From Mytilus californianus (lineage: Eukaryota): a stretch of 64,000 nt of DNA. The notes beneath the pieces were generated by a model. That model made no database searches, was not told the origin of the DNA, and worked only from the letters and a program-made list of their open reading frames with translations. Positions 33,012 through 46,854 of the stretch are shown here, one piece after another. A program made the position numbers and the translations under genes. Every line of letters begins with the position of its first letter. Positions within the stretch are counted from its first letter, which is position 1. The stretch covers positions 53,568,001 through 53,632,000 of the forward strand of contig NW_026262712.1 of the NCBI RefSeq assembly GCF_021869535.1. Reading direction: 5' to 3'.

Positions 33012-35974
33012 TTTATCTTACCGACTATCATCACATGTGGTATTTTGACTAGCGGCCTATCAAAGTGATCAAGTCTTCAATACTTAGTATTAAAATCCTA
33101 CTTCCATTTGTCTATATAGAAAACAAATACCAACAATAACAACTTTTTAGCTTTAAATTTGTTTTATGAATTTATTTCAATCGTTCATTACATGTATCAA
33201 TTTCTTCGTCTGTTGAATCCTTTCTTCTTTTTTTTTTTGAAAGGAAAGTAACTCCGTTAGGCCAACAATATCAACTTGTTAGCTTAAATTATATTTTATG
33301 AACTTATTTCAACCTTTCATCATCAATTTCTTCGTCTGTTGAATCCTTTCAGATTTTTCCTCAACACCGTGTTGTTTTTATAAAGGGTTGTGACTTCTTT
33401 TTTGTTTTGAAAGGGAATTAACTCCTTACTAACCCCATATGGTAACTAACCATGTATGGTAACTAACCCTATATTTTTTAGGACACCCTATATCAAATAT
33501 ACATAGTCACCACGTGTAGTCCTTTATCCAATCATATCTCTATAAATCTATAGGGGGTAAGATAAATGTAAATATACACAAAACGCTCACAGTATGTATC
33601 AACAGAAGAAACATTAACTGGAAAAGTAAAATCTACGGAAACGTCGCCGTGCAAAGTTCACAAAAAGTCTTCTTTTAAAAATGAGCAAATAAAATATTTT
33701 CCAAGCTTCAATTTCGTGAATGAATAGTAAGCATGGACTAATGTCAAATTGTTCTTAATATTTGAAGAAATAATACAAAACATCTGTTATTCGATTTTTA
33801 AGAATGTGAATTTAAGCATGGATGTATTTAGGGTACTCCTCGTCACAGACTCATTGATCTTTTAGGTCGGCTCAAACCTTTTTTCTATGATTCAATATGG
33901 ATTCAAAATTAAATAAGTATAGCTATAAAGTAAATAAGGATAGGTTTACAAAATAAACACCAAACGGAAACTTTTGTATGAACCATAAAAAAATGGAGGT
34001 GAACAAAACTGTCAAATAGGTGCAATTTGGGTTCCCTCACGTTATGTGGCTTGTTATATGACACGTTGTCTGTCCCTATACATCATACCCTCTTTTTATA
34101 TTGACAGTCTATTCTTTTCACATTATGCTCGATCGGTTCAATCCACCATTTTCTACATTTGAAAATGCCTGTACCAAGTCAGGAATATGACAGTTGCTGT
34201 CCATTCGTTTGATGTGTTTTATCATTTGATTTTGTCATTTGATTAGGGACTTTCCGTTTTGAACTTTCCTCGGAGTTCAGTATTTTTGTGATATTACTTT
34301 TTTAACCTCCTTGCTGGTTCTACCTATTGTATAGATTGTTAATTCGCTACTGTCGATAATGTGCTACTTTCGTTTATAATACAAATATTTTGTTCTAAAA
34401 CTAACATTGGTGTTTCTAAAGGAAAGCATATGATGGTTTTGATAGTTTTCGATTGTCGTTATTTCAGTTACACTTATTTCGCTCTGTGCCAAAAATCCAT
34501 TAAAAATCCATCATATTCAACCTGTTCTCCTTACTGCAAAAAATTTAAGCAAATAAAACATGATCATTTTTTTTTACGTATATGTCTGTTCTAATTCGTC
34601 ACTATGATCTAGTAAAACAAGTTAAAAAAACTTAAATTTTTAAGCAATTCATTTAATTTCTATGTTCACAAAAAATATCATTACAATAGTTAAAGGCATT
34701 ACAAGACCTCTTACATGTAAATAAAATGCGACAAAAGTAGATTTCAAAGTCTTTATTAAGGTCACAACTTCTGTTAACATTACCAAGCCCGAACGAAACT
34801 CGAATCTGATCTGTCATTTTTTATCACGTGTCTATTTTATTTTTAGAAATTTACCTGTGATAATATAAATACAAAAAAATCACTTGTTGTGACGTTGGTC
34901 CATTTATGTGACGCGCAGTGTATACTTTGTTTGTGGTGTCCTAGTGTGCTGTCGTAAATTCGTGGGAAGTGTCCGTTGTCATTCTGCGGTTTACATGTTG
35001 TGATGTACTATAATATTATTTATTTATGTATTTATCTGTGCTGAGTCTTCTTGCGTTTGTTTGTACTGTATTCCTGTCACGTAGTGTTATCATTGTAGTG
35101 GTATAACATTGCCATATAAGCGGGAGTTTGGGCTAGCCATAAAACCAGGGTTAACACACCATTTTGTCTTCAAATGTCCTGTAAAAAGTCAGGAATATGG
35201 CAGTTGTTATCTACGGTCCGTTTCTATGTATGTTGGCGCTTGCTTTTATTGCAGTGAAGTGTTTATGTTGTTCCGTTGTTTTCCTCATATAGCTGATGTG
35301 TTTCTCGCTGTTTAAGATTTGTTTTTGCTTAATCAAATTATGATTATTGAAACAGTGGTATACCACTGTTGCCTTCATTTTTCATATACCTGTATGTATA
35401 ACTGTATACCAATATCAAAAAAATGGATAGACGCTTTACAGAAAAAAAGTATAGTAAGCTAAGATTTTAGGGCAAAAATGTGCTCAACATGAACATAATA
35501 TCACTTGATTTGGAATTTGTATAATATTATGGATATGAATATGAGCCAAATATTATACCGATATATATAAACATTAACAACATGTACGGAAAGTTAACTG
35601 ACTATTAGCCCCTTCATGGTTTCTTGGAGAATTCTTCAAGGATCATGACCGGCATTTAAGAGAGCCATACATTTCTGAGTAATAATAGGGTAATTTTATT
35701 AACTTCCTGGTTAAAATCGAAAACAAAATTTGGACCATTGTCTCGTACAATTGTCCACCCTTTACATTTCAGAATCACTTAAAATTTCACAGATCGATTT
35801 GAAAATTTAATGAATACCCTTTGGTAATAAAAAATTACCTACAAAACTTGAAATGAAATAAATTGTCTCATCAAACAAACTTTTAACCAACAACTTAATG
35901 TTGTTAACATTTTATGAAGTGTTTAGCTATGTTTTGACATGTACAAAAACTTGTGTTCAAATTCATTTATAATG

Positions 35975-37621
35975 TTACTTTTTTGCCTTGAAAACTGAAA
36001 TTGTTTTTCCGCGATTATTTGCGATGTAGACTTTAGATAGTTCCTTGTTGTAACAGAATGAAAGAGGTTCTGACAAATTATCAATAGATAAAATGTCTAC
36101 TAAGATTCCAGAAGATGTGAAAATGTCAATGGTTCGTGGATCGCGTCCAAGGACATATATGTTATCGGCATCATCTATTTGAATATCTCGGGATTGAAGA
36201 AGATCAGGAGAGGTATAAGAGAAAACAGGATCTCCCTCTGCCGTTATGCAGCAGACTTCATTGGTGATTGAATAACAAATGTTTCCATTTGAGCAAACAG
36301 CAATGTAGTCAATGTAATGCTCTATATTTTTCATACTTATTGTTCTTTTGAAATTTCCACGTAAATCTAGGACATGTATATTTCCTTTAGATCCGACATA
36401 GATGTTATGTTTTGTTGCATCAACACCACAACCCTGGCTTTGGTTCACTTTTACCTGCTTTGATATTTTGCGCATATCTATATCGATGAACTGTATGCAC
36501 GCTTCCAATCTACAAGACAGAACAGCAGTGGTTGTTCCTGGTATTGCTGCTATATCCCATGGTTGGTGTGGAGAGCTGATAGATGATAGATAGGTATTGT
36601 TTTCATTGAAAAAATAAATCTTTCTCGTAGTTACATCGCAGATAATCAATTTGTTATTGTCCGTTATCGTCATGCCAGATACTGTCTTCAACCTTTCTCC
36701 TTTCATGTCGATGTCATTTAGGTAGGTTAAGGATCTAAGCTTCCCACTCGAAACAACTGGCACCTGTGACTGCAGCTGCTTGTAAGGGACCATTGAAACT
36801 AAACATGGCGTTTCCTTCAATTCGATTGAACCAAGATCTGTTAAAATGTCTTCTGATACACTTCCGACGAACATAAGACTGGTGTCTACAAACGAATCTG
36901 TCAGCTGTTTAACTTTGTTTTCAATGTCATCTAAGATTGGTTTGGATGAATGAATTGAAATAAATGCTTGTTTCTCAGAACCATGATCTCTTATAAATTC
37001 TAACGCCTCTTTTTGGGCTTTTGTAGATGTTAATAAGTCACCTATATCTTTCTCCTGATGTTTTATACCAGTTATATCTTTGTTTTTAAGTTCTGTTAGT
37101 TGTTTTAGAAGCGACTCTTCGAAATATTCTATACGTTTGATGAGAATTTCTTTTGTTTGGGCTACTTGTTTTCGAATTTGTGTGTCTTCTTGTTCTATTC
37201 GACTACTATTTTCATTTCGATTTATGTTCAATTTTCCTAATGCTTCTAAAATAAAGCGCAACTGTTCTTCGTAATCCAGGAATGACTGTGATTGCTTAGA
37301 ACTCTTTGAAGCTATATCAATTGATGTGACGTTCTTGCATGCTCGGTGATCTTTTGACAAACATTCCTTACAACAAATAACATCATGATCAACACAAAAA
37401 TAATCAAAAGTTAAAGGTTGATGCTTTGAACAATTATAGGATAGGTCAATTTTGTTTGGTATTTTACCTATCTCAACCAAATGGTGACTTCGAGACATTT
37501 TTTGAACTTTATGGGCTTCAGTACATTCGGAACACAGTGCTTCTTCACATTCGGTACACCATTTCAGTGCTATTGGATTCATACCACGTGCAGTGCACGG
37601 TTCGCAATATTTGGCTGCCAT
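35975..37621 (-). CDS. RING-less TRIM-like protein B: B-box1, B-box2, coiled coil, NHL-type beta-propeller (548 aa)
   Basis: Colinear paralogue of 28963-30606. The start MAAKYCEPC at 37621 has an AG acceptor 4 nt upstream, as in paralogue A. The ORF-track start at 37645 is probably intronic. Confidence 0.95.
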   Translation of the reverse strand: MAAKYCEPCTARGMNPIALKWCTECEEALCSECTEAHKVQKMSRSHHLVEIGKIPNKIDLSYNCSKHQPLTFDYFCVDHDVICCKECLSKDHRACKNVTSIDIASKSSKQSQSFLDYEEQLRFILEALGKLNINRNENSSRIEQEDTQIRKQVAQTKEILIKRIEYFEESLLKQLTELKNKDITGIKHQEKDIGDLLTSTKAQKEALEFIRDHGSEKQAFISIHSSKPILDDIENKVKQLTDSFVDTSLMFVGSVSEDILTDLGSIELKETPCLVSMVPYKQLQSQVPVVSSGKLRSLTYLNDIDMKGERLKTVSGMTITDNNKLIICDVTTRKIYFFNENNTYLSSISSPHQPWDIAAIPGTTTAVLSCRLEACIQFIDIDMRKISKQVKVNQSQGCGVDATKHNIYVGSKGNIHVLDLRGNFKRTISMKNIEHYIDYIAVCSNGNICYSITNEVCCITAEGDPVFSYTSPDLLQSRDIQIDDADNIYVLGRDPRTIDIFTSSGILVDILSIDNLSEPLSFCYNKELSKVYIANNRGKTISVFKAKK

Positions 37622-40600
37622 ATTTCTACAAGAAAAAAATCCCATCTGAAATTTGTATTAATAACACTTACTATTTTCTAAACGATATTTTCTTTAAAAA
37701 TAAAGAGTGTGTCATCTGCAGAAAAAGTGAAATTGCAATTTAAGATTGAGTTACATACTTTGTATGGAATTAACGAGCTCTTACGTAAATCTTTTGAATT
37801 CAAAATACTACTACGAAAAGCAAACAATGATGAAGTCAATGTGGTAATTCCCCTGTCGAAGTTATTGAGTTCAGATACATTCAACTGCCTGGAAAAACGC
37901 AGAGTGAGTAAACGTATTTTTCTTTGGCTAGAGGTATAGGGGGAGGGTTTAGATCTCACAATATATGTTTAATCCTGTCGCATTTTTGCGCCTGTACCAA
38001 GTCAGGAGCCTCTGGCCTTTTTAGTCTTGTATGTTTTTTAAATTTTAGTTCAATATATATCATTGAGTTTGGTTTGACGTCCATTTTTCACTAAACTTGT
38101 CCACATTTTTATTTCGGGGGCCAGTTTAGGGCCACTTCAGGGTGAGGGATTTTCTCGCTGCATTGAAAACCAATTGGTTGCCATCGGCTGTTATCTGCTC
38201 TTTGGTCGGGATATTGTCTCTTTGACATATTCCCCATTTCTATTCTGTATTTTATTTTTAAATGAATACAATAGTAGGTGGAATTTATTTTAAGTAATTA
38301 CATCGTTTGCGTGGTATTCGTTGGTTTCTCTCTGTCTTGTTTTCGTTTGTTGTTTTTATCGTAAATGAGTCCATTGGTTTTCTCTTTGTCATTCCGTTTC
38401 CTTTTATGGCTAACTATACTATATGAGTGTTTCATTGTTTAGGCTGTACGATGACATATGGCTGCTTACATGTTCGTCCTTTGGTATATTTGTCTCAATC
38501 ATATTACTTCGGCTTACTTTAACCCATGTTTTTTTTCTAAAAATGTGTTGTATCAAGTCAGGAATATGGCAGTTGTTATCAAATAGTCGGTTTCTATGTA
38601 TGTTGGCGTTTGTTTTTGTTACACTGCATTGTTTCTTTTTTTTTTCGTTGTTTTTCTCTTATAGTTGATGTGTTTCCCTCCGTTTGCTTTGTAACCCGGA
38701 TTTCTTTTCTCTCAATCGATTTATGACTTTTGAACAGGGTATACTACTGTTGCCTTTATCTTTATCGACAAAGATTACAACAAAACTACCGATATGGAGG
38801 AGGAACTAAGATGAACCGAAAAGAAGAGTTAGAAATCCAGATTACATAATGGTATTAAAAAGCTGGACCCAAGAAAAAAGAGAGGAGAAAAAGTGAGTGG
38901 GGTAGAAAAATGTTAAAAATGTATAACATGAAAGTGTGGGGACTTGGGATTACAAGATGGCGATTACTGAAAGGTATGTGACATTCAAAATTTCGAAATC
39001 ATACACATTACAGTGAAAATTAGTCACAATTATTAGTTTTTACGTTTCATTTTTTTTGTATGTAACAGTTATGTTGGTGTCAAATTACAGCACTCAAATT
39101 GCTACGATAGGGTATTGCAGAATTTTTTGGTCATTTAGCATGCACACAGTTAAGACTTTACCTGAAGTTTATTTTTGCATTATATAAAACCAATAACACA
39201 TGTATATTATGACTGGTTTATAGTATAAATATCGCTTTTGGTCAAATTCTCTAGTGAGTGTTCATGTTGTATTGGGTTTCTTATTGTATCATTTATTACA
39301 AAGGAAATTAGTGTATACTTATAGAGGAATTACAAAATCTCACTTAAAATGCAATTTATGACCAGTTTAGCAAGTTGTCTAGATGGGATATACATAAATT
39401 GCTCTTGTTGAAACATAAAATTATGTTTTTACCAAATCAATCTCCTTTTTCATCATGTAGAAAAAAGGGTGAAAAAAATTATCAATTATATTTCATGTTT
39501 GGACCACGTTATTTATATTCAAGGAAGATTTCTAAGATAACATAGATAAGAACATTGTTATTTCAGTAGATAGTAACAAATAAGAACTAGTAAAAATTTA
39601 GAAAGTCTCATCTGCCATTATTAGAATCCATATGGAGTTTTCTTTGTATAACGCATATGTTATTATTAGTCTAAATTGAGCTTGAATTCAGTGAAATAAT
39701 GTTTTCACAAAAGCATTTTGTGTTTTCATATGCTAGAAACAGATCTTTGAGGAGATAAAGTAAGGCAGAGGTCAATATAACACATTTGATGATGTTGTAG
39801 GTATAAAGCCACTAGTTTAGGCCCGGTCGGAAAGAACATACAAAAAAATAGTACATATTTTAAACAAAATAGTTCTTAACCATATTTGTATCTTTGTCAA
39901 AAGGTGAAATATTTGGGTAGTTTTTGGTATAAAATGAAAGATTGGTGACTTTGGATCAATGTAGAACACTTGTTGAAAATTTCTTTTGATCGTGAACACT
40001 ACACTGAATATCCAAATTGTTTTGTCTGCTACAAGTAAACGAGAAAGGAGAAGCGAAACGGAGAAAGATTTGCCTTGTCCGACTCTTCGTAGATTTTTTG
40101 AACAGAATAATAAGAACTATATCATTCATGGTCGTTCCAATGAAAAAAAAATATATTCCTTTCCCACTCTTGGCATAATGTGCATGTAATGTGATTTTCT
40201 GATGTCAACTTAAATAGAATTCGCTTATTTGTATTAATTTGAAAAGGTCATTTTCTAGCTTGCCTTCTCCAAAAGAAAAAAAGCTGGGTTACTTCCCATA
40301 ACAAATCATTAGATTCTTTTTTTTTTTATTCAGTAATGAACATTATTGATATTCGTATCAAACATTTTAAATATAAAAATGAAGATGTGTCATGACTGCC
40401 AATGAGACAACTCTCCACAAGAGAAGAAATGACAAAGAAATTAACAACAATAGGTCACCGTACGGCCTTCAACAATGAGCAAAGCCCATACCGCATAGTC
40501 AGCTATAAAAGGCTCCAAAATGACAAATGTAAAAAAAATTCAAACGAGAAAACTAACGGCTTAATTTATGTACAAATAAAAAAATGAACAAAAAACAAAT

Positions 40601-41179
40601 ATGTAACATGTCAACAGACTACAATCACTGAATGACAGGCTCCTGACTTAGGACATGCGCATACATACAGAATCAGGCGGGGTTAAACATGTTAGCGGGA
40701 TCCCAACTCTCCCCCTAACCTGCGACAGTGGTGTAACAGTACAACATAAGAACGAACTATAAAAATAATTAAAAATAATAAAGAGCATGTTATTCCTAAC
40801 AACAACCATAATGGCCCTGTTTCTGGAATCGAAATCATAAGCTAAAAGGGTTCGCTAAGGAATTTGGTTTTGTCCCAGCTTATAAGGCTGCCAATAATAC
40901 CATTATTGTTTGACATAATTGTTACATTGCGGTTCTGCAAAAGGAAATCACGAATTCGCCAAAATTCCAACTGACACCATTTTTGGAAAATGACATCTTT
41001 AACAAATATTAACTTTTAGCTTCCTCTGTATTAGCAGCACCAAACCAAGTACAATGAGAGTAACTATGTACTGGCTTCCGAGGCTGTACAACACAACTTA
41101 CAAATAGATATTTATTTCGTCTTCAAGCCAATGTTCCATTACCAAACTTTCTATTTTTACTAACTAGTGCACTTGGTAC

Positions 41180-42140
41180 AATAAAACACTTGATAATAAA
41201 TTGTTCAAAATAAGGACTGTAAAAATAGTGGATTTCATTACAGTGAGTGTCAAATTTCGTTTGAAGTGCTTGATAAATTGAATGCTCATGTTGCTGATTT
41301 CGAATCTGTTTTAAGTTTTGAATTTTCTACCCTATATACCACTTTATTTCATATTCTCATTAATAAAAAAAATCCACACTCCGAATTAAATGGGCAAGTA
41401 AAAGTTAGAATGCGAATAGATATATATATATATATATATATATGTTCAAACTCTTTTATGTCATTTTTTGGTAACAACAAACAAAAGAACTATATGTCAG
41501 TTGGACCTGCTTTGATACGACAAATGCACATGACGTTTTATGAGATGTTCAGATTTTGAGCTATAGAGATTCCGTATATCGTAGAGTTATCAGCATTCCA
41601 ATTGGAACTAACTGTGCAGCACTTATTATGGATATGTTTCTGTACTCAAAAGAAATATATCCTCCTGAACTGAAATAAAGCTAATACTAACAATGAACAC
41701 TATCCTTTCCTGTATCTTGAAATCTATATCGCTAACGTGGAGCTTAATACCCAAATTTACAATAAAAGAGATGATTTGTCATTTTCTATTGTTAAATATA
41801 CATTTTCAGATGGTGACGTTCCTTGTAACCATATCATGGTGTTCGTATAGCTCAACTTGTTCGATTCGCTCGTGTAAGTAATAACGTACTTGAGTTTAAC
41901 GAAAGAAATCTCTGTATTACTAAAAAATTATAACACCAGGGTTTTCGATATCACGAACTAGTCAAAACATTTACTAAACTTTATCATCGGTGCAAGAACA
42001 TCATTCGTAAATATAGGTCGACATACAGACCTCTTATACTTTAGGTTTTTCCCATAAACTCTTTAATGGTAAAATTCTATACAAATTAAAGCACAAACAT
42101 GTTCTCATTCACATCAAAAGTTAACCAAACCTTTTAACAG
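41180..42140 (+). mobile_element. Degraded Penelope-like RT fragment
   Basis: Broken frames give SFEFSTLYTTLFH, YRRVISIPIGTNCAALI, FLYLEI..., IYNKRDD and AQLVRFARV. Confidence 0.75.
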
Positions 42141-43302
42141 ACTAATATAGCGACTGAAAAGCTATATCGACAATAGAGGCCTCTACTTTATATTATATCA
42201 AATTGTGTGTGCATAGATGCTCATTTTTAAGACTTGGAAGGACATTGAAGTAGAAAAATTGTAAATAACTGTAACATAATTGTAAGAATAATACCTTAAA
42301 CAAAATGGCGGTCAGGAACTTTATCACTGGGTACCTGTGTTAGCAAAGTAAGATCGATACGTGTACTTGTGGGATAATTTATTTCGCTGATTTGATATCG
42401 CCTAATAAAACTAGTAAATATAGAACTTAATGTATACATTTTTAAATCTCCATTTCGTTATCACCAAAATAATAAAAACATAAAATACGCAGTGTTGTGT
42501 GTATAAATGTAAATGTTTAACTAAATGACAGTATGTATCGCATTCTATAATGCATTTACAGTAAGAGACACGATGTCTAATAAGTATGCGTATATGTTTT
42601 GGAGTTTAGTGCGACGTTCATTTGATTAGGGACTTTCCGTTTTGAATTTTCCTCGGAGTTCAGTATTTTTGTGATTTTACTTTTTGTCACTGAACTAGTA
42701 CAACAATTTTGTTGAGGGGCCAGCTGAAGCCAACCTCTGTGTGCTGAATTAAATCCTCGTTAATCGGGATTGTATGTTTGTATTTTGGAAGTCAAATTTA
42801 ACTTGAAATACCGAGTTAATAATTTATAGAAAAGTTAAACGTCAGTGGATGAAATTGCTATCGCCTAAATAGGAAGCAGCACGCCTAAGTCTTGCCTCGA
42901 GAAGTCATCTAATTGAGGTCACTTGAGAATGAAATGTAGGTTAATGGCACATGATGTCTCACCGTTTATCATTAAGTAATTATATTTGAACAAATTTTAT
43001 GACCTTTATATTTATTTAAGAGGGAGGCTATTATTGTCCTGTTGGTGCATCAAAACTACATTTTTTAGACAAAAAAAAATCTAAAGTCCTTATAATAACT
43101 TGCCCTATCCCTCCAGGTCCTCCCGTCAATGTATTTTTGATTTTTGCTCTGTTTTATTGAACCAAATTCAAAAGAGCATTGCATATGAATAACTGTGTCC
43201 ACATTACCGGCTGTAATGTTGAACATGTTTAAATTGCATGCGGTTACAATAACATGGGACAAGTAGTAAGTTGTAACTGAATATCAGTGTTGGTCTAAAT
43301 TT

Positions 43303-43906
43303 TCAAATGCTGTTACTTGTACTACTTTGCCCCAAGAAGAGCTATAGAAAAACAGTACATTAACATAATATAAGCTCCTATTTATTCTCGATTCCAAGAA
43401 CTTAAGGGATGTAATGTAAAGCTGTAATGACGTAGACCAAGTGACTAATACCTACTATTTAGTATATCTATTGTGCACGAGCTATTCACACGTGCACTAT
43501 TAGACGATACAAGGGATGTAGCAACACATTGCGATAAATGTATTATATTCTCCTGTGATACATGTATTATATTCTTCTGTGATACATGTATTATATTCTC
43601 CTATGATATACCAATCATGATTCGTGTGCCCTGTTATAGTTGATTCTTGTTTAGGTCGTCCTTATGATTTTTTAAACCATGTTGCTGCCGTTTATATATT
43701 CTGGTGTTCAAGGTGATTCCTTTTAAACCCTGTGTTTGTAGCTTTCTTGTTTTGTATTCTGGGTAGTTCTTTTAAAACCTTGTTTTTGTAGTTCTATTAT
43801 TTAAGTGTTGCTGGTGATATATTTTTTATAGATTTAAGACTTATGTTAATGTACTGTTTTTCTATAGCTCTGCTTGGGGCAAAGTCGTACAAGTAATAGC
43901 ATTTGA
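43303..43906. repeat. 66-bp inverted repeat pair enclosing a 24-bp x3 tandem repeat
   Basis: 43303-43368 matches the reverse complement of 43841-43906 with 3 mismatches. ATGTATTATATTCTCCTGTGATAC occurs three times at 43538-43608. Confidence 0.8.
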
Positions 43907-44119
43907 TATTATGACAAACTGTAAAAATGATAATGATATCATTAATACAAACAAATAAGAATTGATCTTAATATACATGTATCTATAAATGAATTTTAAC
44001 AAAGATATGTTAAATTAAACTAACTGTAACAGATCTGTTGCTGTGCATACTTAATAGAGAATTTTTCTGTTCTAACAGTAGTTATTCCGGTTGCATCTAC
44101 CCTGACTGAGTGAACTGCA

Positions 44120-46190
44120 ACCTCAGATAAACCTATAGGGTATTTTTTTCTTACATTATTCTTAGATTCAAGAATATTAATTATTGCTATTCAACATCAT
44201 CATTATCACCGAATTATTCTAGTTTCAAAAATGTATATTTAATATTTCGGACTTATCTAACAAACTTTATATATACAAGGTATTCCAACGTTGGAACAAA
44301 GGGAAAATCAAAATTGCATTAATAAAAATAATTTGGCATCAAATCACATAACTATTACAATTTTATCATTTTGCTCGTTTATACAAGTTTTGAATATCAT
44401 AGAGGTATCGAATCATTTTGAATATCATAAAAGTATTGAATTTTCATTTTTGTTTATTTTTTTTAATGGTTACCTGTAACAATGAAAACATCCTAGCAGT
44501 AACAAACACATACATTTTTTACCGCTTTGTTTGACGAATGAATAAAAGTATTTAGAGAATGTTCAGATGTTAGACGCCTAATAAAGATGACTATTGTACA
44601 ACGATTTTGGTTCTTGTCGTGCATGGAATAAAATGGACATGATCTATGAAAGATGACAAAATATGAAATGTAGTTTATTCCTATCTGAACATTCACATGT
44701 CATTGTAATATTTTATTTCAATGTAAAATAGTTTTTACAAAATCCTAGTGTATTGTATTCATGCTGCCCATTAGGAGCCCTTTATTGGCACAATAAATAT
44801 TCTTATTCTTGATATCACTCTTAACAACAAAAACTCACGCAAAATGGAAAATTACACAATTTTTCAATTTTCGTTGCTTCAATCCGCCTGAACATATCTT
44901 TAAGTTGAGACTGGCGATGAGGACACGATACAATATTTATCCTGGAAATGCTTCTTTTTACAAGTAGCAAAGGCAAACTCTCAAGCTTTACACCAAATCT
45001 ACGTTCATCAGCAAAAAATATCTATTGGAATGACCACGTATACCGAATTTGTAATGTTTTCTTTTATTTTTAAGTTATTTCTGTCTGGTAAACGGGTCTG
45101 AGATAACCAATTTAAATCATGTACATCGCCAATAACAAATAAATGATGGATGGAGTTTTCATAAGAGAGAATAATGGAGCTATACTACTGAAAATTGGCC
45201 CAAGAAATTACGAATAAGAACCAACTGGTGTTAAAGTATACAGAAAAGAGAATGATGGACAAAAACTATATAGGATAGAGAAAATGTACTTAACAATTAA
45301 AGAATACAGAAATTAAGCACCCCTTCCAGACGCTAATACATGATACATCCGAAACTTATATTAACAGTTATGTCCGCTATATAGATGATGTTCTCTTACT
45401 TCATAATTTAAAATCTGGTGACTATGTTGAACGCATCTATCCCATCGAATTAGAGATAAAGGATACAACAGATACAGTTAAGTCTGCCTCATATCTCTAC
45501 TAACATCTAGAAATTGACAATGAGGGTCGGTTAAAAACAAAACTTTACGACAAAAGAGATGATTTCAGCTTCTCAATTGTGAACTTTCCATTTCTATGTA
45601 GCAACATTCCAGTAGCGCCTACATACGGAGTATATATCTCTCAATTGATACGATATTCTCGATCTAGTATTTCCTATAAAGATTCCCTTGATAGAGGGTT
45701 GCTGCTAACAAGGAAGCTATTAAACCAAGAGTTCCAAATAGTGAAGTTGAAATAATCCCTTCGTAAATTTTACGGACGCCATCACGATTTGGTTAATCGT
45801 TATGAAATATCCGTTTTACAGCTGATATCAGACATGTTTCTTATGTCGTTTTCTTTTTAGCCATGGCGTTGTCAGTTTATTTTTCGATCTATGAGTTTGA
45901 CTGTTCCTCTAGTACATTTCGCCCCTCTTTAGACGTCTCTATTATAGTAAGCGTATGTATTACAATGCCCTCTCCCGTCTGTAATGTTTACTTTTCAATG
46001 TATACATGCGTTTACACTTATATGGAACAAGCATTAAATTTTATTGAGATATTTTACCAAATATCTAATCAATTGATTCAGGCATTATAGACGAAAGTGC
46101 TGGAAACTGTTTATTTTCTACTCCAAAGGCCATAGTTTCGGCAAAATCCCTCAACTGGAACGAAATCCGTATTCGATCTGTAACTTCATA
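44120..46190 (+). repeat. Segmental duplicate, copy 1 (interrupted by a Penelope-like insertion)
   Basis: Colinear with 56260-57780 over many anchors (TCAACATCATCATT.TCACCGAATTATTC, GCTGCCCAT, CACAATAAATATTCTTAT, CCTGAACATATCTT, TTTCCAGAC). Confidence 0.8.
45362..45929 (+). mobile_element. 5'-truncated Penelope-like RT fragment
   Basis: YVRYIDDVLL...IYPIELEIKDTTDTVKSASYL...KTKLYDKRDDFSFSIVNFPFLCSNIPVAPTYGVYISQLIRYSR. Absent from the paralogous segment near 57470. Confidence 0.88.
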
Positions 46191-46854
46191 TGACGTGATT
46201 ATTTTGCAGACCATATGGATATAGGTAGCACACCACAGTTAGGTGTGCAGTTTCGCATGTTGGCCCCTGTGGATTTTTCACATAGAAGGGCTAATGTGCA
46301 CTAAAATTCATTGTTGGATACCTGAAGATTAAAATAGACTTCAAAGTGGGTTTATATGAACATCAATATTGTGTAATGCATGTATTATGGGCTGTTTTCT
46401 GTATGACAGTCCGTATTTTCATATCCATACCAGACATTGGTCTGGCAATTACTGTAATGCTTCTCCGAGCTATTGTAACCTTGTAATTAAATTTTACGAA
46501 AAAAAATTGATTTGATCATTTGATATATTAATGACAACAGTTAAAGAAAATGTATCACTCAAAGGCATTGCAATTCTAGTTAGAAATAATATTAGGGAAT
46601 ATGTGACATCTTCATGCCCCTTTCTGCAATATGTTATTGTAAATAAAATGTAGAATGTTGTCATGGAAACACAAAAAAGGAATTATATTTCACCATTTTA
46701 ACTTTTGAAAATAAAATCTATAAAAGATGCTTAACACATACAAATGCACATGTATGACACAAACAGTTGGTCAAATGTATAAGAAAGACGGGAAAAGGAG
46801 ATGATTTCACATTTTGTGGTTCAATTTTAATTTTATTTTCTATCTGTGGAGTGC

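Noticed and set aside
37622-37645. Start codon at 37645 (MGFFSCRN) for paralogue B
   Set aside because: The segment is a pyrimidine tract plus AG, mirroring the acceptor of paralogue A; homology starts at ATG 37621.
37678-37959. Overlapping ORFs just upstream of paralogue B as a possible RING exon
   Set aside because: No Cys/His RING pattern in either ORF and no counterpart upstream of paralogue A.
38955-38979. AAGATGGCG start plus GTATGT donor (MAITE) as the first exon of a plus-strand gene
   Set aside because: No in-phase downstream exon could be found; the candidate at ~39740-39815 contains stops.
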